DNA of 46,871 nt from Octopus bimaculoides. Lineage: Eukaryota. The notes beneath the pieces were generated by a model. That model did not search any database. It was not told the origin of the DNA and saw only the letters and a list, made by a program, of their open reading frames with translations. The stretch is from contig NC_068991.1 of assembly GCF_001194135.2 (NCBI RefSeq), positions 27,199,734 through 27,246,604 of the forward strand, read 5' to 3'. Within the stretch, counting starts at the first letter, position 1, and each line of letters begins with the position of its first letter. Position numbers and translations under genes: made by a program. Positions 11,751 to 23,559 of the stretch are shown one piece after another.

Positions 11751-12434
11751 TGTGGGCAATTATGGAGTGAATTTTAGGGCTTATAAATGTAATATTTTCC
11801 AGTCCTTCCTTAATACCGGTTCCCATATGCTATTCATATCTGCGCTCCGTCTTCTTAGGAGGTTGACATGTCCTTGCATATGTGCTGCTTCTTTTAGTTT
11901 TCGTATTTTCCAGTGGTGTTCTCTGTCTATTATTTTAACTTCATCCCACAGGGGGAGGTGTTCCCAATTTTTCCATACATGATGCGCTATATCAGATTTA
12001 TCAATATTTCCTCATGTCACAGCTTTGCGATGTTCATCTACCCTTCTTTTGAGGGGGTGGCATGCTTCGCCTTTGTAGAACCTACCACAGCTGTATGGGA
12101 TAGAGTACACGCAGTTTTTGCTCATATTCTCTTCTATTATTGGTTTTACTCGAAGGAGATATTTGCGAAGTGTTGTATTACTGTTGAATACGGTCCTGAT
12201 GTCATATGGGCCGCATATGTTTGTATCTTTTAGGAGAGGCGTTTCACATAGCGTAGACAGACTGTAGACAGTTTATTGGTTTCATCCTCTCTTTTCTTCA
12301 TAAGATTAGGTCGAATGTAAATAATGTAAACAATGTTCATAATACCTCATCTCTTAAATATAGAACTGCAGGTATATTAGTTTAACGCTCGAAGAGAATG
12401 GAAAAGTCTTCGGCAGAATATATTGAGAAGGATG

Positions 12435-12587
12435 CATACATACATACATACATACATACATACATACATACATACATGCATGCATGCATGCATGCATGCA
12501 TACATACATACATACATACATGCATACATACATGTATACCTACATACATACATACATACATACATACATACATACATACATACATAC
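12435..12587. repeat. (CATA)n/(CATG)n microsatellite
   Basis: Direct reading. Confidence 0.97.
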
Positions 12588-12599
12588 AACGTATCATCA

Positions 12600-12837
12600 G
12601 ATGAAAGCATGAGACTATATGTTATATCGCACTTTCGGATGGCGTACCTTCGCCAATAATTTACCTCTACTCAACTACCGAACTCTCACTTCCAACGACT
12701 CAACTCAATAGAACTCGACGTCGAGACCACCGACGACTCCGGCTCGCTCTACTCGACGCTTCTCTGGCTAGCTATCACGTCCAGTATTTATACGTATTGG
12801 ACTAGCCTACTTATCGTTTGGGGGCGTCCACACAACA
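12600..12837 (-). mobile_element. Possible solo-LTR-like fragment
   Basis: Minus strand starts TGTTGTGTGGACGCCCCC, has TATAAATA ~45 nt in and a CpG-rich body. No partner LTR, PBS or PPT is seen. Confidence 0.3.
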
Positions 12838-12879
12838 CTATATGAGCAGAGGTCTATGCAAGTGTATGATGAAAGTAAC

Positions 12880-13848
12880 ATCGATCATTAAATCAGTTTA
12901 TCATGGACCAATAGCCAGATTACGGCCTCCTATTTTGAAAGGTATACGGTTGCTATCCAGGAACAGGAAATATCAACCAAGTACCTGATACACAAAAGGG
13001 ATAGAGATGCAGAAGAAGCAGTAAAATGTGGCAACCGATGCAGACTTTATGGAGTTCACACTGAAGATATCACCCACATCATAAACAGTTGTCGAAAATG
13101 TCATTAAGGTATTATATACTGATGAGACATGATGTTGCAGTTAGGACACTCTATAATGAAATCTGCCGGAAGGATAATACCGTGGACAAAGCAATAAGAA
13201 CCCACAATATGGCAGAAGCCATAGCCACACATAACAAAAAGGAATACTGGCGGAATGTCCCAGTGAAGACCTCAATAAGATGTATTTACAACAGACCTGA
13301 TATAATGATTTGGGTTAGAGAAGAGAAACTGCGCACAGTTGCGGAAATAATCTGCCCAGCGGATGTTAACATATAGCTAATGATCAGTGAAAAAGAGAAC
13401 ACATGTGCTGAACTATTGAGAAATCTGCAGTTACTTTATCCAGATTACAAGTTCAGGTTTATACCTGTAATTCTTGAGACCCTGGATTATGTATCACACT
13501 GCCTAAATACCAATCTTGAGAAATTAGGCTTCTCAGAATCATAAAGGAGATAGCTAATTCGAAGAGTACAGATTCAATCCGTCACTGAAACTGTAAACAT
13601 CTGTAAAACTTTCCAGAAGTTTATCGTTTAAATATATATGAGCATGTCTAGATATATAACTATACACATGAGAATACATACATAAAACATACAAATCTAC
13701 ACATACATGCATACATACATACATACATATATGCATACAAAATACCCTGTTGTTGATGTTGAAATTCCAAAGAAGGAGCCTTGGATCTAGGTTAGAAACC
13801 GATTCTTTCTTTATTGGCAAGACATTTTGAAATAAACTGAATAATGAC
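12880..13848 (+). mobile_element. R4/Dong-like non-LTR retrotransposon 3' end (zinc knuckle plus restriction-like endonuclease) with 3' UTR
   Basis: YTVAIQEQEISTKYL..., CRLYGVHTEDITHIINSC (CCHC-like), MRHD, YWRNVPVKTSIRCIYNRPDIMIW...AEIICPAD (PD-D/E RLE). Stop at 13629-13631; the 3' UTR ends in (ACAT)n at ~13849-13888. Confidence 0.88.
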
Positions 13849-16498
13849 ACATACATACATACATACATACATACATACATACATACATGTGTGGGTGTAT
13901 GTACATCTGTCGCTGTCCTTAAAGCTCACATAGTAGCTACATTATGTGTATTTGCTACGTTGACTCCATCCCACGCGTTAACCAATCTTGTAATAAAACA
14001 GCTGGACATAATTACATTCTACACCATCTTGACACGACTTGCCTATCCTAACAAAAATTGCCACAAGCATATAGCAGTAATATAAATATTAAATTCTAAA
14101 GAGTTTCAATTATTAAATATTATGAATATGTTTTGTTATTTAATTTTGTAACAGAGTCTATTATTAAATCTGATATAATCACCGTTCAAGACTGACAGAT
14201 GAATATATCTATAAGATACTTCTGTCACATTGCAACTTACAACACATATCAGTATACCCTTGTTTACAACAAAGATTTGTTAGGAATGGTGTTTGTTACC
14301 ATTAACACGTCATATCACGATGGGCGATATAAATATGGGCTGGCTGACTGGCTGGCTGGCTGGTTAGTTCATGCCTTTATTCATGTTCTACATCGTATAT
14401 AGGGAAAGGTATTTTAGTCAAACGTGTCAATCCCAGTACTATTTTCAAAGCACGATATTTACTTTATTGATCTCCTAGGAAGAAGCGCTACATTACGGAG
14501 ACGTATTTTATCATGATCTTGATTTTGGCTTCTCATGAATGGAATTATTAGAATTAGTTCCATTTCTGATAATACTGGAACCAAAACCTGCAAAACCAAA
14601 ATCTACTTTATTCCTACTACTTTACGTACGACATTAAATTGCTCTACATTATGATAAATATGAAATATATTATCTCAAATCATCTCTATCCTTAGATTCA
14701 TAATATAACCGTATGCACTTGTTAGTATGTTTCTAGTGGTGCAGTCGTTTTGTCTTTTTACGTATATCGATGTTTAATTATATACTTGTTTTAAATGTGT
14801 TCCATAAAAATTTTTTCGACAATAGAAGAAAACCATCAGTATAGCACATACCAGTACCAATGCACACGAAAATAGCAGTATCTTGTGTATGTTTCTACTC
14901 ACATAGTTTCAGGTGCACTATGCATGATTTACTTTTAACAACAACAATCAGAACAAACTCATTATCATAAAGTTTTACACGTATTCCCAGGCACCATCAA
15001 AAACATGACTAGAACAATGAATCACAAGTTCATACGAACACAATAAAATATGTTCTTTGTGTATTAACTTCCAAACATAAGACGTGTTTGTTTGGGTTAC
15101 CAAAAGTTTGTGAAAGCATGTTAATTGTTTAAGAATCCTAAGAATCTTTAATGCATTTATCAGAAATATCGACAAATGACAGCTGATTTACTGAAGACGA
15201 TTTCTGTTGCATACAATCCTCGATTGATTCCTACCTCGGACAAAAAGAAATGCCTGAGCATCTAATTTAGAAAACATGAATTACCGTCGCTATGGCATTT
15301 GATATAGTCTTCTTGGCAGAAGCTCTTAATTGAAGCTTACATTGCAAATGTATTAGTTTATCTGTCCTCCCACCATGAATTATCGTAAACCAGAGTAGCA
15401 TCTGATCATTATTCAAATAGACGCCCCAGCTTAAGATTTGTTTGTGTCAATGTTTAGTGAGTTCGATTATCACAATACATTTATATACGTTTCCAAGACA
15501 GGATATATTTACGTGCAACGAGGACAGATTGACCTATACAATGGCAAACAACAAAATACATTCACTTTTCTATAGTACACATGGATTCTGATCATAAAAA
15601 ATAATTCAAAGTACGCTACTGATTACATTGTTTCCGCAGTCACGACCCAGTTTACATCTCCCACTTCACTGTAGATATTAGATACTATATTGTAGATATT
15701 ATACATATAATGGGTTGTTTTCAATATATCGTTGGCATGAATTTTATCACCGATTAACACATTATTTGATCTGAAACTACTCATACCAGAATATGGAATC
15801 ACTTCGTAATCTCAGATTGCTAGGAACTTATGACTTGTAAAACACTGCCGACAACTGTCTGAAATCATTTATAATTTTTTGCTATAAACAATTTATATAT
15901 TATTTGTGAAAGAGACAGAGATAAGCAATAGAGTTGTTATATCTGTGTACTCTAAACACTTCAGCATGTTTACATCTTACTCCATGAGGAGATATAAATT
16001 ATAATGCTGAAATGGAATGCTTTTACTTAATCAAAATATTTGTCTGAAAACCATGTTTAAATTTTTATGCATGCATATTATCATATAACATTTTGTTTAA
16101 AGACTGCCTGTTGAGTTTGGTCTATTCAAATTAATGTTCTCTTGAAAGAAAGCATGACTTTGATCCATAAAATCAACCTGATGGAATTACTCGAGATTCC
16201 AAATTTCTGTCAAAATAAGATGAATATATTTCAAGTTCCAATCACAATTTGGGCAACCTCAGTGTATAACGAAAGAAATCTTACCCATTTTTAAGAACTC
16301 TGTGTGTATGTGTGTGTGTGTGTGTGTGTGCGTGTGTGTGTATTTATGTGTGTATCTTAGATATTGAGCACAAATGTTTATATAAATTTTCATGCGTTTT
16401 CATATAATTAATGAAACAGTTGAATTGTAGAATACAGTATAACGTGGATATTACGCACAGATGAACTCTCCGACACATATATATACCTATTATAGCTA

Positions 16499-17140
16499 CA
16501 GGGTGCGATGAATAAATTGTCGTCTAAATTACGCAAAAATGAAAATAGCACTGACATCTCATTTTAACAGATATAATTACCAAAATTACATAAAAATATC
16601 TTGAAATACTAATAATATAAAATCGCTATTTGCTTCAAACACAGCCTCCAGACGACTTAGGAATCTCCTGCAACTCTTCTGGACGGTCTCCTTGTTAAGT
16701 TGATGAATGCTGCCATAACCCTTATCTTCATTTCATGTTTGGTGTTACAAGGAGTTTTGTTGGTCTCTCGCTCATCCGTACCCCACACATAAATAATGAA
16801 GCGGGTTGGAATCTGGGGAGTTAGGTGGCCAGATGTTAGGGGTGATATGGGCGCAGAAATAGTCTGACAGCCAGCCATGACTGGGTGCTTCTGCTTGTGT
16901 GGCATGGTGCAGAGCCTTCCAGCAGCCATCCTCTTGACTTACGGCAGCACTAATTCCTCCAGGCACTTGAGGTAGACCTCTGTGTCGAGTCTGAGGCCGT
17001 GTGGTAAGATGAATGGAGGCATAAAGTCACCATCACTATTGATCACTTCAAACACCATGATACATGCATACATAGTACATACATACATACATACATATAT
17101 ATTCATGATTTGAGCGGGGACGTGGACATACAGGGTCTGG
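16499..17140 (-). mobile_element. Tc1/mariner-superfamily transposon 3' fragment with one TIR
   Basis: TA then CAGGGTG at 16497-16505. Minus translation IMVFEVINSDGDFMPPFILPHGLRLDTEVYLKCLEELVLP..VKRMAAGR/SAPCHTSR..WLSDYFCAHITPNIWPPNSPDSNPL..YVWGTDERETNKTPCNTK carries the WPPNSPDxNP motif. Confidence 0.9.
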
Positions 17141-17446
17141 TGTCTAGGAACACGGTTGGCCCACTGAGTGTGGGAGGCCCGTCTGTTGTTGTCACCTCTC
17201 TCTAGAAGAGGGGAATACTGAGACAAAAACCTGCGACACTGACAATATTCGATGATTAGTAGATTAGTTATGTTATTCTTTTCGACTTAATGTTGTCCAT
17301 GTTCAGAGAATGGGATCGGATTGTGCAAAATCCTTTCCCCACTATGAAAAATCATGATGCACAGGTTGGTTGTAGCCTTCACATGTATGGAATTTTCGAT
17401 CACGTGATGGCAATACTGAAACACGAGCTTGCAGCTATCATATATG

Positions 17447-17487
<41 letters not shown>

Positions 17488-17651
17488 TAAGGGCACACAA
17501 ACGTGCCTGGCTGCTAGAAAGAGGAGTTACAACTCTCTTAGACCACCCAAAATAACACTGAAAGTACGACAGGAAATCAAGCGTTGTCGGGCAAACGGGC
17601 CGGAAACATCTTTCAAATACCTATATAGCCCATTTCCTAGTATTTGGATAC

Positions 17652-17705
17652 ACGTGGACCGGTTTGTCGTTTGACTTACGGTCTTACCTTCATCAATCAG
17701 CACGT
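17652..17705 (-). ncRNA. Minimal type I hammerhead motif, mutated copy (4-nt duplication in core, G12C)
   Basis: Minus strand ACGTG-CTGATTGATGA-AGGT-AA-GAC-cgtaa-GTC-AA-ACGA-CAAA-CCGG-TC-CACGT. Confidence 0.7.
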
Positions 17706-18309
17706 ATTGCCAAAGGAAAAAAATCTTTTCAACCCGTCAAGTTGCATCCTGCTGGCGTTCTGAATTGTTTTGCGCCCAAATCAGAACAGTCTACGTAAAA
17801 ATACCAATAAGGAGCAAATATTCAGGAGTGAATATTTATATAGATATTATTATTGTTATTTTTATACAGGGTAATATAAACAGTTGATAATAACAACAAC
17901 AATGATATAAGTGGTTACAGGCCAAAAATAACACTATATAGCTATAGAATTAAAATTTATATCAATCGTAATTTTCAGTGTTATTATTGGTTGTTTAAAT
18001 GTGGATTTTTAACTCTTATTTCTAGCAGGCAGGCACATTTGTGTGCCCTTATAATTGATATGATTTTTAATTCTACAGATATATAGTGCTATTTTAGGCC
18101 TACATTAGGCTTATATTATTGTTGTTTTTATTATCAACTATTTATATTTCCCTGGATAATAATAACAGGAATAATATTTATATAAATAATCACTCCTGAA
18201 TATTGAAATTATTGATATTTTAAAACTAATGCTGTTCTGATTTTGACGCAAAACAATTTAGAACGCCAGCAGACTTCAACAACGGGTTCAGATTTTTTCA
18301 TCCGGTAAT

Positions 18310-18359
18310 ACGTGCTGTTGGTGGTAAGACTGTATGTCAAACCAGAAACCGGTCCACGT
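18310..18359 (+). ncRNA. Minimal type I hammerhead motif, mutated copy (A6U, A9G)
   Basis: ACGTG-CTGTTGG-TGGT-AA-GAC-tgtat-GTC-AA-ACCA-GAAA-CCGG-TC-CACGT: stem I acgtg/cacgt, palindromic CCGG loop. Confidence 0.72.
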
Positions 18360-18899
18360 GTACCCAAATACTAAGAAATATATAGCATTGAGCTATATTA
18401 GCATCTGAAAGATTTTTTCGGCCCGTTTGCCCGACTACGGTTGGTTTTCTGTCGCAATTTTCAGTGCTACGATTGCTAGTTTAAATTAGTGTTCTAACTC
18501 TTATTTCTAGCAGGTAGGCATATTTGTGTGCTCTTATGATATATATAAATTTTAATTGTATAGCTATATAGTGCTATTTTAGGCCTGCAACCACTTATAT
18601 TATTGTTTTTGTTATTATCAATTATTTATATTACCTTGGATAATAACAACAATACTAATATCTATATAAATATATAGATATTTGTTACTTATTAGTGTAT
18701 ATATATATAGTAAAAAGTGACAACAAAAGAATGAGACCTCGATATTAGGTAAATAGAGGATTATTTATATATGTATAGTTTAGCACAATCAGTAAGTTGT
18801 GATGATAGCCAATGAGAATGCATCGTAGCTCCTAGCTCTGCTATTTCAAACTCCGAGTACTATTATGACAACTTACATATGTATATACACATGCGAGCA

Positions 18900-19410
18900 G
18901 ACATATAATCACACGAACATACACTCACACATAAACCAAAATAGAACAAGAACATCTATTTTTTGTAAAAAACATTTTTATTTCATTTTTATTTTATTTA
19001 TTTTTTATTAGGATAACTCATTATTTTCATTATATTTTATTAATCTTTCTTTTTATTTATTTTTATTCTTATATACTTTAATCAATTATTATTATTATTA
19101 TTGCATTTAAGTAAAAACAAAGTTATTAAGGTATGCGGACACACACACACATAAACGCACACACACAAACAATAAACACGCTTTCATCTGCTTAGTCTGT
19201 TGGAGTATTTCAGCTGATCAATATGTTAACTCTGAAATTTCCATTTTGTCCTGAATCTTCTATCCAGGATAACTCAAAATGCAAACATATATTATTATAT
19301 GTTTTGTAATTTGAATTGGGTGTGAAGTGAAACAATTGTAGGCAATTTTAATTAATTAATTAATTTATTTATATCCATCGAAACCCTTCATTTTCAAACA
19401 ATTTTAATAA
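18900..19410 (+). repeat. Left ~510-bp direct repeat (pseudo-LTR candidate) of the PLE
   Basis: Collinear with 23560-24080, e.g. gaacatacactcacacataaaccaaa and aacacgctttcatctgcttagtctgttgga are identical in both. Confidence 0.85.
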
Positions 19411-19569
19411 TATTTGATGTTTTATAATATATTTATTGAAGAAATATCTCTTCGAAATATACTATATTATACCAAGGTATCTTGGATAAAGCTATCCCTA
19501 TAAGAGGTTTAAACAACCTCATAGTGAATTATAAGAAAACTAATTTATTACATATGTAATAAATAATAG

Positions 19570-22100
19570 GATTACATTGGGAAAATGGAGAAGAAAGAAA
19601 TGGATGTATCTTTAAAGGACATACCAATTCCGCCCAAGGAGTACATAAAGATCTAGTTACAAAAACTACGGAATTCATACATAGTCTCAGATGGAAGCCC
19701 TTTCACTTTGACAGGAAGTCGGATAATAAAACGTCAGCTAGGGACTAGGAGATGGAACAACTGAAAGAAAATTTAAAAACTAGGAAATTCCCGCCACCTA
19801 ACCGTCATCTTGAACAATTTGAAGATGAACTATGGACTATAGTAAAAACCATTAAGTTTCAGAAATATCCACTTAGAAGGCATTCACGTTTCGGGAAATT
19901 GAAATATTTAATCCTGGAACTCAAACGAAAAACATGGAATTAGAATTCGCTCAGATAAGACAGGAAATCTCTACAATTTGAATATTAATAAGTACCATGA
20001 ATTTCTTGTGAATGAAACTACAAAAGCTATTAAGTAGTAAATAAGAATGTGTTAAGATTGATTAACTTGGAATCTAAGAAAATAATGTCGGAATATAGAA
20101 TTGATGACAGGATTGAGCCATTTATTCCTAAAAGACCTCGAATCACCTTGAAAGACCATAAAGAAAATTTCAAAGCTAACCCTAAAGTTAGACTAATATG
20201 CCCCGGAATATCTGGCACCGGTATCCTAAGTAAGCATCTTTTTTTATCTAAACATACTTATACTTAAAAAAGAGGTTAAATTAGAACTTCGGTTCAACAG
20301 TATTGTTAACAGATATAAATTTAAATTTTTACAAGTAAATATTCATAACTATCATTCCTCTATTAATCCTACAATACTAAATAAGGCTATTATTTTCGCT
20401 AAAAAAATTACACTTAAATATGAATGATAATGTCATTTTAAAAGCTAGAAAATCAATAATAAATTTGATAATATATATTGGGTTAGAAAGGATTCCTATA
20501 ATTCATCTGACATAACCATGTGGTCCGCGGATTCTTCCCAGGTGATGGGCCTAGCAGACATGTACCTTCCATAAATTAAATCATGAATTTCCTGATATTA
20601 TGGGCGGATTATATAGAGATGATGTGCTGTTTCTATATAAAACCCTATCAAGTAGGAAATTGGAAATTTATACGAAAAAGTCGCATAAGTTCTTTAAAAA
20701 TTATGGTCCTTATTATAGTGAAAAGGAAAATAACTCGATCAATTTTTTTAGATAATAACTTTAATCTTACAACTAGTAGATATGAACCATATCATAAGCC
20801 TAATACGAATCACATATATATTAATAGTCTTAATAATCATCTGAAATCAATAAAAATCATTAATTAAAAACATAGACACGAGACTAACTTATCTTTCGTA
20901 TAAGGAAGAGATCTATAGAAATGCTAATTTCTATAATAATGCACTTAATAAAGCAGGATATAAGCATAAAATAAAATATTGTAGACCCAATGTATACATA
21001 TTTAATGAAAATAGTGTAGATAAAATAAAGGGTAACCCTAATATGATATAAAATGAGTCGACTGAAACTAAAGATAATAATAAAATAAAGAAAATATAGA
21101 TATGAAAATGAAAAATGATTATATAAACCCTATGATAAATGGCCAAAGTTTAAGATATATCGGGAATAATAATAAAAAAATGTAAAAACAAGTGCTAAAT
21201 TTGATTTTAAACTCATGAAATTTGATGCTAAATATGGTAATAATAAATACAAGAATAAAAAATGTAATAAAACAAAATTTTAAAACATTCATAACTTATA
21301 TGATAACACTTATAATAATAAATATAATATTAATAGAAATTGTACAAATTCTGATAAATCTAATATACATTATAGTTGTCCAAATAAGACCAATACTTTG
21401 TCGTTTATCATCCCCGTTGCAAGTCAAATCAAAAGCAACATAATTAAATCCTTTTATCGATAAGTTCATTAACATTTAAACAAAGATAACAGGTATATTA
21501 ATTTTAAATCTATAAAACTTGGTCATTCCTTATCAATGAATCTTTTTGAAATTATATCTTCAATTAACAATAGAAAATTAGATGTTTTTAATAACAATCG
21601 AAATTTAAGTAAAAATGATGTTAACGCAATTTATTATGATAGAAGGAAAGTAACCCACATTGATTCCCTTTCTAAACCATATAATATGAATAATAATAAT
21701 ATTAATGACCAAAATGAAAATAATAGAAATAATGAACGTAAGAATTGCATAAATAATGATGTTAATAAAAATGTGATTGCAGGATTAAAGAAATGTTTAA
21801 ACTTAATAATAATTGTAAACAACATAGCCTGGTATATAGGTATGTAGTTGAATCTGAAGGGATTAAACGGAGAATTGCGAACCATGAGAGTTCTTTTAGA
21901 AATAGACATAAGATCAACAATACCAGTCCCAGCAAATGTATGTAGATGTTAAAAATACTGGGAAAATGAATAAGATTAAATTGGAGGTTGTAAGCCATGG
22001 CAGAGCTTATCAAATTTCGGATAGGAGATGTCAATTATATACAGAAGAAATTTTTCGGATAATAAAAGCCAAACATAGATTGATTAACTCTAGGAAAGAG
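19570..22100 (+). mobile_element. Near full-length but heavily decayed Penelope-like RT plus GIY-YIG ORF
   Basis: SLKDIPIPP..TKTTEFIHSLRWKPFHF; KTRKFPPPNRHLEQFEDELWTIVKTIKF; RSDKTGNLY; PRITLKDHKENFKANPKVRLICP; GGLYRDD (~20605-20630); NLTTSRYEPYHKPNTNHIYINSLNNH; MNLFEIISSINNRK; AWYIG..IKRRIANHESSFRN; RRCQLYTEE. Many stops and frameshifts. Confidence 0.9.
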
Positions 22101-22450
22101 AATATTTGAGCTTGTTGTCACTCCTCGAAGAATACCTTTAGAAAATTTAATTAATAAATAAATAATAATTAACAAAACTGAGCATTAGAAATATAAGCAT
22201 AATACATAATAATTGAAATATTTAATATTTAAACACAAAGACATTAACTCAGGATGAGTGAATATTTTAACTAGTTAGAATTAATTATATTTTAGAAATT
22301 TAATGAAGTTTAATAAATACAAATGAAAAATAAACATTAATGATAAAAGCATAATATAAGTATAACTTAATTTACAAACTAAACATAGGATAAAAATAAT
22401 ATAAATATGAATAATATATAGTATATATAATATTATATAATACTCGTGAA

Positions 22451-22746
22451 GGCGCGTGACTTAGTGGTTAGGGCATTCTGCTCATGATCGTAAGGTCGTG
22501 AGTTCAATTACCGGCGGCGCGTTCTCCTTGAGCAAGACACTTTATTTCATATTTCTCTAGTTCACTCAGCTGGCAAAAATGAGTAGTACTTGTATTTCAA
22601 AGGGCCAGCTTTGTCAGACTCTGTGTCATGCTGAATCTCCCTGAGAACTACGTTAAGGTTACACGTGTCTGTGGAGTGCTCAGCCACTTGCACGTTAATT
22701 TCACGAGCAAGCTGTTCCGTTGATCGTATCAGCTGGTACCCTAGTC
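22451..22746 (+). mobile_element. tRNA-derived SINE, well preserved, with a CORE-like central domain
   Basis: A box TGACTTAGTGG, B box GAGTTCAATTAC, then CCTTGAGCAAGACACTTTATTTCA...CACTCAGCTGGCAAAAATGAGTA. Confidence 0.88.
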
Positions 22747-23176
22747 TTATCATCATAACCGACACAGTGCTCCTTTTAATATAATAGTTAAATATCAATT
22801 TAATAATAATGTTGAGTATTGACCTTTATTAATTAATCAGATAATATAATACATCTTATGTTAGATGCAATTATAAATCTACAAATAGCACCAATCTTGA
22901 TGACGTAATACACTCAATATATCTTCGCACTAATCTTTTATGCGTGTAACGTAAGCCTATATCCATACATGTGTTCTCTCTCACACACACTTAGACATGC
23001 ATAAAGTTATATAGAATAAAATATGAATCAATAACTAAATACAAATATAATTACTTTACTAAATATCTTACTGTTTCATATAATAATTATGATTGACTTT
23101 TATGATTGAATTTTTCATGAATTAGATTAAAGAATATCAGGGAATATTTATGTATATTAACAAACCGATTTGACTT

Positions 23177-23232
23177 CATAACACATTTACTAACATAACA
23201 CATTTACTAACATACCACATTTACTAACATAC
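23177..23232. repeat. 17-bp minisatellite, ~3.3 copies
   Basis: cataacacatttactaa twice, then cataccacatttactaa and catac. Confidence 0.9.
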
Positions 23233-23559
23233 ATACACACTTACGCACAAATAACACAACAACTTTTAACTGTAAACATCTATATACAAACACGAATAAA
23301 CGATCACACATACACTGAGATGGGCTAGAAATATTCATACTTATAAATGCATATCAAGTTATATAAACATTCGATAACCTTTTACTAATATATATACAAA
23401 TTTACGCACTAATAAAACAATATAAGCAGTAACGCTGTATAAACACGCTCACACACACTCATACCTAAACGATGTCATCCATACTTGTATTCAATAACCT
23501 TATGCCGACACACATACATACACACAGATTAGCTTAGGCAGTAAACATACGTTTATAAA

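Larger units (their letters stand above)
11405..12368 (-). mobile_element. 5'-truncated Penelope-like element: GIY-YIG end, tRNA-like segment, (AAT)n, HHR tail, plus an inverted terminal fragment
   Basis: Minus-strand translation ~12290-11781: TVFNSNTTLRKYLLRVKP..SKNCVYSIPYSCGRFYKGEACHPLKRRVDEHRK..KSDIAHHVWKNWEHLPLWDEVKIIDREHHWKIRKLKEAAHM...*. Plus-strand 12309-12336 (ggtcgaatgtaaataatgtaaacaatgt) is an inverted copy of 11401-11428. Confidence 0.88.
17481..18685. mobile_element. ORF-less ~486-bp unit in inverted plus tandem arrangement carrying HHR motifs (retrozyme-like or non-autonomous PLE)
   Basis: 17481-17966 is a diverged reverse complement of 18054-18545; 17970-18200 repeats at 18456-18685 (period 486). 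HHR motifs lie at 17652-17705 (-) and 18310-18359 (+). Confidence 0.8.

Noticed and set aside
13760-13815. Hammerhead-like CCAAAGAAGG...AGAAACCGATT in the R4-like 3' UTR
   Set aside because: The core differs from CUGAUGA at several positions and no consistent stem I or cleavage triplet could be drawn.
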